Assembly (NCBI GenBank): GCA_000934665.2 | Contig: KZ538421.1 | Span: forward strand, 1 to 64,000 | Direction of reading: 5' to 3' | DNA from: Catajapyx aquilonaris | Lineage: Eukaryota | Length of the DNA stretch: 64,000 nucleotides | Part shown: piece by piece, positions 36,801 through 50,900 of the stretch | Layout of the letters: every line of letters starts with the position of its first letter | Numbering within the stretch: position 1 is the stretch's first letter | Notes under the pieces: generated by a model | What the model saw: the letters and a program-made list of their open reading frames with translations, nothing else | The model's database searches: none | What the model was told of the DNA's origin: nothing | Position numbers and translations under genes: made by a program

Positions 36801-39800
36801 GGTACACTAACTTTCGAAGCTTTGAGACGGTGTCTATCTCAACTTGCATGTCGCGTAAGCCATGTTCGGTATAATCGTCGTAAGTGAGTGGATTGGATGC
36901 CCTAGAAATTAAGGTTCTCATTAAAGACACAAGTATTGATACTAGTATCGGTTTTATCAGAGTACACAGCCAGTGACGAAGTAATAATAGTAGTGGCGAA
37001 AGCACTAACTGCGTATAGTAGCATGATGTAACGTTTCCAAATTGAAGTGGATCCAACGATATTTAACTAGCTGGTGGAAGATGGAGAAAACTTAACAAGA
37101 CAAGCAGTGTCGACAGCGCACCACTTGTGTACTCTTTGCTGTAACTTCCTGGCTAAATTGCCTTATACATTATGCCCAAGGTCTCTCCCTGTCCTCCCAT
37201 GCTGTACTGCACTTTTGGTAATGGTTTGCACCAGTTCAATTACACTCCTGTCCTACATGCGGAGATTCAGTAGGCCCCCCTATGTGAGATTTTTTCCATT
37301 CAAGCTGACCGAGTAAATGCAACGTAGGGACATTAATCACTCAAAAAATTGAGTTACGACACACGGCAGCAGCAGCAGCATCAGGCCACATGTGCAAGAG
37401 TGCATGTGCCAGTCAATGAACTGGTGCAGGGACCCAAATGTCATGTACAGCTCCCATGATAAATTCTCACAATAATGTTCACAACATGACCCCATGTAAA
37501 GTTGTGTCTTATAGAGTCCAAGCGTATTTAAAAAAGTGCCATTAATGAAGTTGTTCCTCGGTACTATTGTACAAGAGGAAATTGCTGATTTCATACATGA
37601 GTGCTATTCCAGGACTATGTCTATGAAATCTGATGAGCAATCGATTCTACCCCTCTCTTCCATTTCCCAACCCTCAAACGGAAAGGGTGGCTGGGAAGGT
37701 TCAAGAGCAGCCGTGCGATCAATATAGTGTACGGAAATGGTCACAACTCAGTCACATCTACTGTAAGTTGAAAGGTTTCCGGCTGTTTAGATGATGACGC
37801 TATGAATAATGTATCTCGTTAGTTACACCATCTCGAGAGCAGCACCGCACATTAGGTTACACCCCACTGTAACGTCACATGTTGCGTCTGGTACAGTACA
37901 CCATGGGCTGTGTGCCATCGAAGTGTTTATGGGCCACTTTTGTTCACCTGAATGTACAGTGTGAGAGCCATACTTAATAGGCGCAACCAGAGATGTGGCC
38001 GATGTTTTTTAGGTCAAGTAAGTGAAATAAAATCCGGTATTTTTTTTGCATGAAAAACAGTCCCTGCGCAGGGCCAAAGTTGCTAAGCTCTGTTCTAAAC
38101 AAGAGGATTCGAGTGATAATGTGCGACTAAAATTATTTTAGAATCATCGTATATACAGGGTGCAGACAGGGTGTCTCAAATTTTTTGTCCGAACCGTTAT
38201 CGGAAAATTGCACGTAGCTGCTACTTTGTAAGCAGTGACTTGCAACCGGTGATTTGTCGGAGGAATGGGGAATGGGGAAAAAGAGGGTCACACATCCCAT
38301 GGCATGTGTGACCCTCTTTTTTCAAGGCTTGACCCTCAATTTTCAGCGGGCAGCATGTATGCCACTTCAGCCTACGATTCGCAGGGAATATTCCTCGTAC
38401 CTCCGAAAAATCACCGTTTGCAAGTCACTGCTTACAAAATAGCAGCTACGTGCAATTTTCCGATAACTGTTCGGACAAAACAGTTTAGACACCCTGTATA
38501 TAACGAGTGTGGATGCACGTATATTTATCCCGCCCTGAAAATTCTCACGCCCATGTCTTACCGTTCAGTGCTGACCACAGGAAAAGTCCCAAAATCGCAA
38601 TTTTTTTAAAGTCTAAAACCTAGACATAAATCGAGGCATACTGCCAGCGACATTTTCCGAAGCGGCAGAAGAAGTAATCTTGCTCGTCCGGCTTGCAGTA
38701 TCCTTATCTTCAATTCCTGCTTCTGCCGCCCCTGAAAATGTCGCTAGCAATATATGCCTCGATTTATGTCCAACACTGTACTTTGTGGGCCCCATCTCTG
38801 TCATTAAATTTTGTAGGTAGCAATCTCTCTTTGAGCTACACAAATATGATCGTTGAAGGTATTGTGGGTCTTTTGCGATTTCTATCACATACGTTATTGT
38901 GGCGTACAGTACATCTGCGATCCTCTTAGTGATAGCATATTCATTCAAATGAGATAGAAATGTTAAAAGAAGCCGAAAAGGGGGGTACCGAGCAAAATAT
39001 TTCCGCCCACATCCAGACCTATTGACACGTGCCTGACTTTGGACGTATGACCTTTTTCTAAGAACTTGTAATCCACAGAAAGCAGATTCTGAGTTTTATT
39101 AATAACCCCACCCCATGTCTTTTAGTATTTAGAGCGTGAAAGGCCTTTGTCAGCATTATATTCAGCCTTTATGCTCCTACACACATGTTCATCTAGCTCC
39201 ACCCACGCGGTATGCCATTACAGTTCCTAGGTTGCTACCAGCTGTCATCGCCACGATTTGTTGATGAGTTACGCTAGAGTTGGTTCAAAGTTTGGGATGT
39301 CATCCATGTCGTAATTCTGCTTTGATGATTGGAAGGACAGTGATCTCCTGAGGTTTCTTACTGGACAACATGAAAGGGCTGCTATAGTAATTCGCATTGT
39401 TTGCAACTGTTCCTTCAGCAAGTTGGTTGAGACAACGGCTTGTGTCCAGCGAACTCTTTTTTAACTAGTTCATACCAACTGGCATGCAAAACTGTTCCAA
39501 AAATAATTCTCAGCTGAATGTGTGCATGCCGCAAATATTTTGATTTATTGCCGTACTTCACGTTCAAAAAAGCAGCGATATTTCTGCCAGGTGCATTAAT
39601 TCTCGAATTAGTACAGTTGGTGTCATTTCCAAAAACTGGGACTCCAAACAAATTACCGCTTTCAAAAACAGTGCGCTCAGCAAGTTGAGGCTATGCAAAA
39701 AAAAAAAAAAAAATCAATAGACTACGTCAGGGCGATGTAGATGATCATTTCGTCCACTTGCAATGAAGTGATCGATTAATCCACACTTAAAGTGTGTATT

Positions 39801-40119
39801 TCGTAAGTCATTTTGATAGCTGAATTCAAGGGGCTATTAAAAAGTTGTTCAATCACTTGCATGCATAATTAATTCTGGTAGTTTACATAAATCTGAATAA
39901 ATAACGGATGATGGAACACATAGTGAAACGTGACAAATGACACCCGTGTCAAGAAGAAGAAAATCAACTATTTTGATATTTTTTTAAAACGGGGTTATAC
40001 CAGGCCATGTACAGTACTACACCCCGGGCCCCATATAGGACCTATCATCACTCTAAGCAACTATTTTGAACTATTGAATTTCAACAGAAGTTCCCATACA
40101 GTGTGTTCCAAGTACCGGA

Positions 40120-40165
<46 letters not shown>

Positions 40166-43100
40166 GCAGCAGCCATGAAGACTGCTAGAGTCGTAATTAC
40201 ACTATCAATGGACATAGTTACAAGGATGGACGTATATGGGTGTACAGTACTGTACAAGTAAATGACACCAAAAAAGTTCTCGTCTGGATAATCCCAAATG
40301 CTGTAAAAAATAAATAAAGCAGAAAGTACAGTAAACTAGGGAGACCGGCGAATAACGCATTTTTTTTCAATTTTCGGAGGATGTTATCTCAAAACGAGCC
40401 AGGGCCGGCTCAAACACAATCAGCGTATGTTAAACAGTATGAGAGTACCCATGATGCAAGTCTTGCCTTGTATGGCAGAAGCGGATTAGGGTCGTGATGG
40501 GTTCCCTAGCCAATCACATTTATGCCTCCACTTGCCTCCACTCCTATCTTGTACTTCTTACGCAGTAATTCTTTCCCTATACTCTATTTGCAATGGTTGC
40601 GCAATGTCGAGGAAGCAGCAAATTAAAATAATGAGCCATACAATAATTATGCATAGTGGATAAGGCGTCCGACTGCTAATCGGGAGGTCCTGGGTTCGAA
40701 TCCCGGGGCCGGCAACCTTGACAGTGGTTTTCTGTGGTTTTCCACGGTCTTTCTAGGATAATTCCGGGGTCGCTTCCGTATAATATGCCACAGCCGCTTC
40801 CTTCCTTCCCTATCCTTGGAGGTTGAAAGGCCATGCTGGGCCAACCTCCTTAAAGGAAGGGTTCAGTGATTTTGCATGTTGAGCTCCAAAAATCAAACAC
40901 GACTCCCTGATTCGAAATATCCGATCCGTTTTGTTGGCAAATGCACCATAAGCGTAAAATTTCAAGTCAAATATGATTTTTTTGAAAATCAGCGCCGAAC
41001 ACGGCTTCCCTCTAGCCACAAGAGTGGAAGCTTCGATGCAGCGGTCGAAGCTTCCACTCTTGTGGCTAGAGGGAACCCGTGTCCCGTGAAAAGATGAAAA
41101 AATGGGCTCTCATTGGCCACGGTGGTGGCTGGTTACCGGAATTTCCGCGGGAGGCGCTGGCTGTACGCTTACCGTATCGAATACAGTAGCGGATATGGAC
41201 TTTCACCTAACGGAATTTGTTTACGCGGCGTCAGATTCCAAAACTGACCACATTTTTGGAATCAGGGAGTCTTCCTTGATCTCTGAAGCCCAATATGCAA
41301 AATCACTGAACCCTTCCTTTAAAATAACACACAATACTCAAAGACATGATCCACATTATAATCGAAACATAAAATAATTTTGTGCATGACATATGACAGC
41401 CTGAGGGTGACAACAAAATTAATCACAGTTTAATAAATTCTAATCCAGTTGATCACTCACGCTAAAGTCGCTATGTAACAACTTTCTCGCTATCCATCTA
41501 TTCTCTAGGTACCAACAAGCTTGTACATTCTTGTGGTACTTTCCGCTGCTCGTTTTCACTTTAATTTCCGGACCGTTAATTGACTTGAAATACGCCCATA
41601 ATTTTTTTTGTTAATTTTTTGGGGCGTCCAAAACGTCCTTTTTGAAACCTATCCTGAAAGCATCTGAAGGCGAGTCGCGCCAAATTTTTTTATATAAAAA
41701 ATCGCACATATTCGCGCGTAGTTTTTTTGAAAAAGACACCCTCCCTACTCCCACCTAATCCTCATTCCCCCCACTTCCTCCCAATTGTCCTCTTTACTGG
41801 CTTTGACGCTTTCACAGGACCGGTTCTATGAAGGAGCGAAACTGAATTGACGTCCAGTGTGGAGCTGAAGGGTAACGACCTTGTTGAATAGAAGTTGATT
41901 AAATGCTCCAGGCTTAGAGGAGTAAAAAACAGAAGAGATAAATGAAATATCGCTTACTCAGAAGTAATTCATCTGTGTAGGTCTGGTTTTCTGATCTGGT
42001 TGCATTTTGTGAGACTACTCGACTCTGCATGTATTGTTTCATACGGAAGGAATTTTTCATATGGAGGCGGGATTTGAGACGGTGAAACGATATGTGGAAT
42101 TGGTGCGTGAACGAGTATAGTGTGGAGGAAGTTATTAGCTACAAGTTTTTTACTTGATGGGCTTAATCTGTGACGTATTGTGTGGAGATGAAAAGATGTG
42201 ACGCTTGAGAGAAAATGAAGACCTGAAATACTGGCCGGACTGTAATGTCTCCATATGGTATCTCTAGTATTTGAAAAATCCGATTGTTAGACTTATTAGA
42301 AATGTGGTCATGCGCAGAAATTAATCAACTCGAATTCCAGGATGCCTCATTTTTAAGTCATTTTGGACAAAATTGCATGTAGTGCAATTGGAGCGAAAAA
42401 TATTACTGAAGCAGAAAATGTTCTGGTACAGGAAATCCCTATTGCACAAAACTTGTCTTCTATCGAACCTGGCACTAATTTCCTTTGGCACAGAGTTTAT
42501 GTGCTTGCACATTTTGTACTGAACAAAAATGGTACTTGCGGAAACTAGCCGTTAAAGTTTGCTTCTGTCGGTCTGGATACCATCCAGTCCCCCCTCGCCC
42601 CCTGGATACATCATTGGACCAAGGCACCAAACTTAAGGCAACCGCATAACTTCCTCCCTGGTCGAAGCTTGCGGTAGTCTCGTGCTCATAAATGTGGAAC
42701 GAGAACCAAAATCGACAAAATACCGACCATAAAGTCAACAGACATCTGCATTACAATAATATTGCAATTTCTAGGTGTGAACCAGTTGTTGGTACAAGAA
42801 AGGGATGCACTTGTAAACTTTTGTAACGTCTTCCTTGAATGCAATTTGGGTTGCATATATGCAAGGATGAAAGGGGTGGAGTACTTTGATTGCGTAGAGT
42901 AATTTTCAGAAATTCTCTAATTGTTGCATATATTACTTTATAATTGATATTTAAAGGAAGGGTTCAGTGATTTTGCATATTGGGCTTCAGAGATCAAGGA
43001 AGACGCCCTGATTCCAAAAATGTGGTCAGTTTTGGAATCTGACGCCGCGTAAACAAATGCCGTTAGGTGAAAGTCCATATCCGCTACTGTATTCGATACG

Positions 43101-44855
43101 GTAAGCGTACAGCCAGCGCCTCCCGCGGAAATTGTGGTAACCTGCCACCACCGTGGCCAATGAGATTGGCTTAGTCTCGGAGCCCATTTTTTCATCTTTT
43201 CACGGGACACGGGTTCCCTCCAGCCACAAGAGTGGAAGCTTCGACCGCTGCATCGAAGCTTCCACTCTTGTGGCTAGAGGGAGGCCGTGTTCGGCGCTGA
43301 TTTTCAAAAAAATCATATTTGACTTGAAATTTTACGCTTATGGTGCATTTGCCAACAAAACGGATCGGATATTTCAAATCAGGGAGTCGTGTTTGATTTT
43401 TGGAGCTCAACATGCAAAATCACTGAACCCTTCCTTTAAAGCCTGTACAGGGTGTTTCAACTTTTTTGTCCGAACAGTTATCGAAAATTGCACGTAGCTG
43501 CTACTTTGTAACTTGCAATCGGTGATTTGTTGGAGGAATGGGGAATGGGGAAAAAAGAGGGTGACACATTCCAGGCTTGACCCTCAATTTTCAGCAGGGT
43601 ATGCCTCTTCAACCTACGATTCGCAGGGAATATTTCTTGTTCCTCCGAAAAATCACCGTTTGCAAGTCACTGCTTACAAAGTAGCTGCTACGTGCAATTT
43701 TGCGATAACTCTTCGGACAAAAAAGTTGAAACACCCTGTATGCGCTTATAGGTGGGAACTGAGGGGATGGTGATTGGTTGATTCCTTAGGGTCAGTACGA
43801 CCGAATTGCATGCACCGGAACGCATCCAGTGTGAACGTATCCATCATGTTTTACCCCGCCCTATTGTTAGAGATGTCAACGTAGGTCCGGTTGCATGATC
43901 GATAGTAAATCAAGAACAATTGGTTGATCCCTGTAATGCATTGGTGCTAACAATATTTCAAACAATGAATAGCAAGATATTACTATAAATCACGTATGTT
44001 AATTCATATTATGTAGTGTACCAGAAATGCACTTTTCTTGTTTCAAATTAGGAGAATCTTTCGCCTGAAACTATATTATAATATTGCACCATATTTGAAG
44101 AGCTATACATGGATGTCAGAATGTAACGAGTCAGGCCGAAGCTGTCTGACAGGTCTGGCCTGTCTTTCATACGCAATATTCTAGTATATAGGATTAGGGC
44201 TCCGCTTTCGCCCCAAGATTCAACCTCGTCATGAATAAAATCTGGGCCATTATTTTTCATTCTCCCAAGAGGAAGGAAAAGAGAAGCGAGAGAGGCTGAT
44301 AGCAAGCAGACGATATGCCACGAAGTGTTCAGCTTAATTTACCACGCTCAGAATAGACCAGAAAAAGATCAATTTCCTGCATCAGTTTCATCCTCTGGGA
44401 GGTGTTCTTCTCAGGCGTCGAGGAAAAAGAGTGATAGCAGTGTTTGTTGAAAATGTGGGGGATGGGGGGTGATCAATTGTTCAATTCTTACAAGCTAGGT
44501 GGAACACTTGTAATTGCCACGGGTGGCAACACTGGACTGATGGGATGCTTCAAAGTTTAAAACTCTTCGGGGACAGTCACTCACCACGTACAATTCATTA
44601 GAGTGCAGTCGATGTATAGCGGTAGTGAGTGAAAAATTAGTTGCTCATTCTCTCGAGTATTCATTCGGCCTTTCAGGCAGCGTTTAAATACGTGTGTACG
44701 TAAGTACTGGGATAAGTTGAATCAAAATGTTATGAATGTTGAACTACCTAAATTTTCATAATGCGTGGCCAGGTTACAGCAAATTACCTGACACCTTTTA
44801 CAGCTTTCAAGATAAATGAGTCAAAACTACTATTTTGCTAGTTACTTCAGATATG

Positions 44856-44913
<58 letters not shown>

Positions 44914-47900
44914 CATCAGACATTATTATAGGAAATACAGTATATTTTACGTTACCCCCTGATAGGGCGTGATAGGGGGGTGGAATACCACAATTTTTCC
45001 TTCAATTTTCTTATTTTTCTTTTGACTCCGGTGCAAGGATGAAAGGACATGGGGTAAGGATGGGGATTTTTTGGGGATGGAACATAGGTGCAAGGTGCAC
45101 GTCAGAGGGACCTGACGCAGGTGAAGGGGAACTCCCAGGCGGGGATCGAACCTGGGACCTTTCACTCCGCAAGCCGAGACGTTACCATCTCGGCCACCAC
45201 ACCTCCCCGAAATACAGTATTTCAAACGAACGATTGCAATACTTTATGTACTGTAAATGTTAGGTTCCTTAACTTGTGGTGGAGTGTAAATTATTAATAT
45301 TTTACAGAACCATCTATTGGTATCATACTAGATCTGCTCTATTGATGCTGTGTACAATATTATTTTACAAGGAAAATAATGAAATACTCTGACACCATAA
45401 TCACTATCAGCAGCTGCTTCATAAACAGAAAGGGTATACAGTAACTTACAATTTATGAACCGGCACGCATTATATGCCAATATTTTATCCTAAATCATGT
45501 CGCTGCATATTTTGGAAAATGGAACCGATCCATTCCATATCAGTTCGCCTGGAGCAAGTGAGGCTTTATTGGCAGACGAGGAGCAGTTTCAGCATCTTTT
45601 AAAAATTGTAATGTATCTTACAATGCATCGTTACAAAAAAAAAGATATACGTTTGCGTAGTTCTTGCCCGAGGGTATTGTAACGACATTCTGCCCAATTA
45701 CCATTATCTAATTATTATTGTATCCCAGATGACCTTTATCCTGAAAGACCGCTAACCTATGCTCCTTACTTGACCGACTCATAGCCGCCATTTCAGGGGC
45801 TAACTGCTAATACTTGTCTGGAACAACATCAGATAGTATACACCGCTACAGGTAATAATTTAATTATTGGTTCCGAAATGTAGCTATAATGTTCAGAATA
45901 TTGGACCAAATAGGTCTCTCTACAAAGGTGTCTAGTATAAAAAAGCCTATAGAGGGAATCACAAATGAAAATGTGAGACTGGTGATAACTGATGCTTAGG
46001 TCGTCGCGTGCATCAAAGGGATACTGCAGGACCTTGACTGACCTTCGTCGACCTGAAACATCGACTACCCCACGGTCGTATGGCATTTTGTTCATCTACT
46101 TTGTCCTCTCGTTTCGTGCTTTGGCACACTTTCACGCCAACTCTACGTTGCCAGAATACCAGTAAAACCTGCACCTCCCCTGCTTTAATTCATGTCTGCA
46201 TTAATGTTAGCTAGCATGACATACCCGGACACATCGTACTCGATGTAAACATTTGCGTTCCATTTGTAATTAAATGTAACGCATCAAGCCTGACATTTCT
46301 CTCTTTTAGAGGACCACATCAGGCGTCAACTACTTCTACACTATTTGGAGCTTCAAAACACGTCCGTGGGTCCAAAATGGGATTCTTTATCGTCCAGTGG
46401 GCCAGAATATCACGAGGACTTCTTTGTGTACTGCCATGCCGCCAAGATACCATCGTTACCACATTTTTTTTGCTCCCTTTCCTTGAAAGTTGCTGCATTT
46501 TCCGGGAAGCGAGCAAAAATGAAATTTTTGGTCCACCGTCAGCCCCCAATAGACAACAAATTTCTGAGAAGCAGGAAATCACCTAATGCGCTTCCTCTGG
46601 TAAAATAACAGTTTTGCGAGAAAAAGATTTACGCCTTTCATCATCTAGTCAAGGCACGTTCCTCAACTGTGCGCATCTTGGATCACTTTTTCTCTCAGAT
46701 CCATAGGCGTGCTTCGAAAGCAAAAAGATTTTTCTCCCTTCCCTCAGGACCTGTATCACGGAGGGAACAAATATTAACATAAGGTGCTGAACTGCTAACC
46801 CCCTGATTTCATATTACATTCACGCCTCTGATTTTTACCCTCAAGTAATAGGTCATCGCGAATCCTTCAACGCAGTTCGAAATAGCTGGCACAAAATATA
46901 TTGCCAGAATTTAACTCCCGTTTTGCTGCTGATGCAATAAACTACAATCTAGGCTGGCGTTACTCAAACCCGTTTTTGTCTGAGGCTCGGCCTCACAATA
47001 TCATAAGCTTCAAGGCCACCACAAAAATTGCCACTCGTTTCTTGTTGAAACAGAATCCTCAACCTCATAAGTAGAGAACGGATTTCTAGGTTCTAAAAAA
47101 CCCTCAAATAGGTAGGCATTTAGGCCCTGAAAACAGTCAAAATAGGCTCTTAAACAGGCACTATAAATCAACCTGGTTCTAATTTATTTTAATTTCTGCA
47201 CATATTTACAGCCTACTCCTGGCCATGGAATTTTGCAGAACAGTAACGAACCAGCAGTTATTCCATATTTTCGTTTGTTAATTGCAGTTATTCGGTGACA
47301 GTTAAGATGCTCCCTCACGGGGAGCCGATATGACCGATAGAAAATCCGTCGGGCCGAATATAGCAGCTTATTTAACGGCTATTAATAACAGGTATTTCAA
47401 GTCGCAATAGCTGTTAACGGCATATTACCGGGGACCTTGCCGATCAACCGCTTCTTCGCTTGTCACAGGTTGAAGTGGGAGGGATTCCTTGAACGGAAAA
47501 CCCGCAGAACTCTCGAAAATCTTACCGAATGGCGTGAAAAAGGTCGAAATAGGCACAAATAGGTGCTAATAGGCCATTTAGGTCCCAACACCCGAAATAG
47601 GCATTTTTAGGTTCTATAAAACTGCGATTTTTGAGGTCCTTGTGTTATGAAACGGATAGATATTTTGGTTCCGGTGTTCTGCCTACAAAAGAAAAAGTAG
47701 GTAAAAACCTAGAAATCCGTTCTCTACTCATAAGTGTTTCACAAAATGTTTTCAAACCAGTTAGAATATTACATCTTTCCCAAATATCTGATGAGGACGA
47801 GGCATTCTCGACAAAATCTTCCCGAGTGACAGAAATCGGCATAAATTCCCCGCATGCGTCGTCGACTCCGCTAAGGCGTGATTGGCAACCTCAGATGAGG

Positions 47901-50900
47901 TAATGAAAAAAAAAGAGGGTCTGCTTACCACGCTGGAAATCTGGACCGTCCTGGGCGAGAAAGAATGTCCCTCGAATTGTCGTGCAGGGAGATACACTCA
48001 GTGTCCAGGTTGCGGGCGATAGTTTTCTCGGTCCATACCTTCTCACACCTCTCCTTGACGTTCCTGCTTAGACCCAGGTGGTAACTGGCAGATGCGATCG
48101 TTCGTAAAAACAATTCTGAGATGTCATGATGAGCGTTCTTTTCCTGTTGAAGGGATTGAACGAATTATGTAAGGTACGCATACAGTCAATTGATATTCAA
48201 TTTCTAATAATAGGGAACATGTACTTGCACTATGCAGGCCAGGGCACGTTTTTATGATATCTATATAAATAAAGCCGTTTGTGAGTCTGTCTGTCTGTCT
48301 GTCTGTCTGTCCGCCTGCCAACCGTCATTTACCTGCCATCTGTGCTCCACCCCCAGGCCGGGAGAGGATGGAGGTGTTGGGGGTTGACTACAGATGGCAG
48401 GCCAATGATGGTTGCCGTTATACAGGCGGGAGAGGTTGAAAGTGTTTGAGTAGGAGGACCACGGATGGCATTGGTGGGCGGACACACAGAACGACAGACA
48501 GTTGACGGGGCTACTAGCAGGTGTTTTCCCTTCATTCACTTCTTCCCGGACAACGCCGGGTGCCGCAGCTAGTACTATATAATTATGTCAGGCTCAAATG
48601 GGCTATATTAGGTAGGCTATATTAATTAGAAGTAACGACCAGAACTAGCTGTGGCTGTTTTGAAACAACCAGTCCTAGGTCTGGTATTTTGAAAGCGACC
48701 AAACCTAGGTATGGTCGTTTTTTTCGGCCAATGGCCGTTTCCGGGGTTTGAGCCTAACATATACCGTACAGTATAATACTTGTCAGTACACGCAAATGGT
48801 AGGGCCATGTCTGGAGGAATAGCACCAAGCAACTGAATTAAGATGTCCTTTTCATCTTAGGACAATGTACTATTGGACGCCCCCATGCTATTCAATCTCT
48901 TCACTTAATCCGCTGACCAATCAGAAGCCCAGTCTCATCACACTGTTGCCTTTTTCGTGCATATAGTTCGGAAGATTTGAGTGAATCTGGCACAAATACA
49001 CCGTTAAATTGTTGATCAGATTGCGAGAATAATAGATAACAACACTGGCACCAAGAAACGGAAGGACAAGATGGTACTGTGTGGCTGAGGGTCCGGAAAT
49101 TGGGCGATTCGTCTGTCAATCGATAGTGTAACGTCTGAGGATGTCAGGTGGTTACTACCCTAGCGGAAGGGCACAGAAAGAAGCTAGACACCAACTGAAA
49201 GTTACTTCTGACTCCATTATTTCTTTCTTACAGGATCTGCAATATTGCTTTATTAATTCCGATGGCACATAATGAAAGGAATGGACGTGAAATATACAGT
49301 GATGCTGATTTGACAGTCACATTTTGTAGCTTAGATTATTACTTTAATCCATAAATTCATAAAGAGCGAATCAGCGTCTCTGATTCATTACTGAGAAGTA
49401 ATGAAGTGATTCATGGCTAAAACTTGTCTGAGTTATGCAACTGAATGCCTACTGTTATCTACAGGTACGTTGAGTTTCAACAGAATGTGATTACCCTGGA
49501 ATTTACAAACTCCATATACCAGTACAGTATAAGGTAAATTGCAAAAGTATTTCATTTTATTTTTGTATCTGATTGATCTCACACTATACAGCATAAGCAG
49601 GATCAAGACCTCTTATTTTGCATATGTATGTGCTTTAGAGGAAATACTTGTATTTAACCACACATTGAGGGGTGTTATTTGAGTCAAGTGTTTCAATCCC
49701 AAATGAAGGTAACTGTGACACCTGCGAAAATCCGGTGAGATAAGAACGTATTATAAAAGCATTTATCTTGATGAAGATAAGCCTTATAAATCAGGTTGCG
49801 TAACCAACATTTCTCATGGCCGGATTTTAAATAGACGCGATAGCACTCGGCACAGGACAGTGTAAGTTTAAATAGCTCATTTTCCTATGTCATAGTGTTG
49901 GCTTGTCATTAATTTTCTTCTGATAAGAGAAGTTATGTGGCAGAAAACTACGCTGTCACCTACAAATGTCAATATATTCTTGGTCAGTGCAAACAACCTT
50001 GAGCAAGAGGCTAACGTTATCAGCGTTAAGTCAAGCGTCAAGGCTGATTCCACACAAGTCGTTTGCTGATCTGCCGAACGACAAGTCTTGTGCCACCAGG
50101 CTGTCCCTCTAACTCAAGCGTAGTTCAAAAATGGCGGTTTCGTTCTATTTTGATAACTTGAAAAAACCGCAAGGATTCATCAAGTTTGTTGAAGTGGTAA
50201 GTACATATTTTCCTCCTACCAGAAATATATATTATAAGTACCGGTAAATTATTAATTTTGAAATTAGGGGGCTCAATCATTCAGTCATTAGCTGGAAATT
50301 TAATGTCCTTCCTAAGCCAAAATATATTATGAACGAAAAATCCCTCGCGAGAATACTGTTATTAGTAAGTTAATATCAACAAAGATAATTGCAATGAAAA
50401 TTTATTGTATAGTACTCAAGTAAGAGTGTTACATGGGCCAATGCTGTCACTCTCACCTGAGCGACAATGGTACAAGTTGTTGTGGACATACTAATTTTAT
50501 TGAGGAATATGGGGCAAATTGTATTTGATTCCAAACTTTAAAAAGGTATTTAAAATTTTAAAACTAAATGCCAGAGAAACCAATTAAAATAATATCAGTA
50601 GTAATATGTAATGGCAATGTACAATGGCAATTTATGATATGTGAGAATTTTCTTAGTTAGTCCTAATAATAAGCAACATAATAAAAATTTCGGCATATTT
50701 CACAATTTCTCGGCATCACTATTCTTTTCGTAATCACAACACTCATTCTTACCATCTCTCATTTGCGCAAGCAGCCATAAGTGTTTTGAATCATATACCT
50801 TTTAGGTATATGAAGGAAATTTTTCTAAGAGGTTTACTCAGTTTATATTGAAACGATTTTTGATATGTGAGCAATATGGTATATATTTTCCGGCTTTAAC

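Noticed and set aside
38613..38948. 111-aa ORF
   Set aside because: Its 3' half is an inverted-repeat MITE; no recognisable product.
40651..40710. Functional tRNA-Ser(GCT)
   Set aside because: No 5' acceptor stem or long variable arm, and it runs into a SINE-like body.
41880..42230. Exon-like segment on the - strand (MKQYMQSRVV...DELLL|gtaag)
   Set aside because: Not tektin-like, the tektin model closes without it, and the nearest acceptor leads to an early stop.
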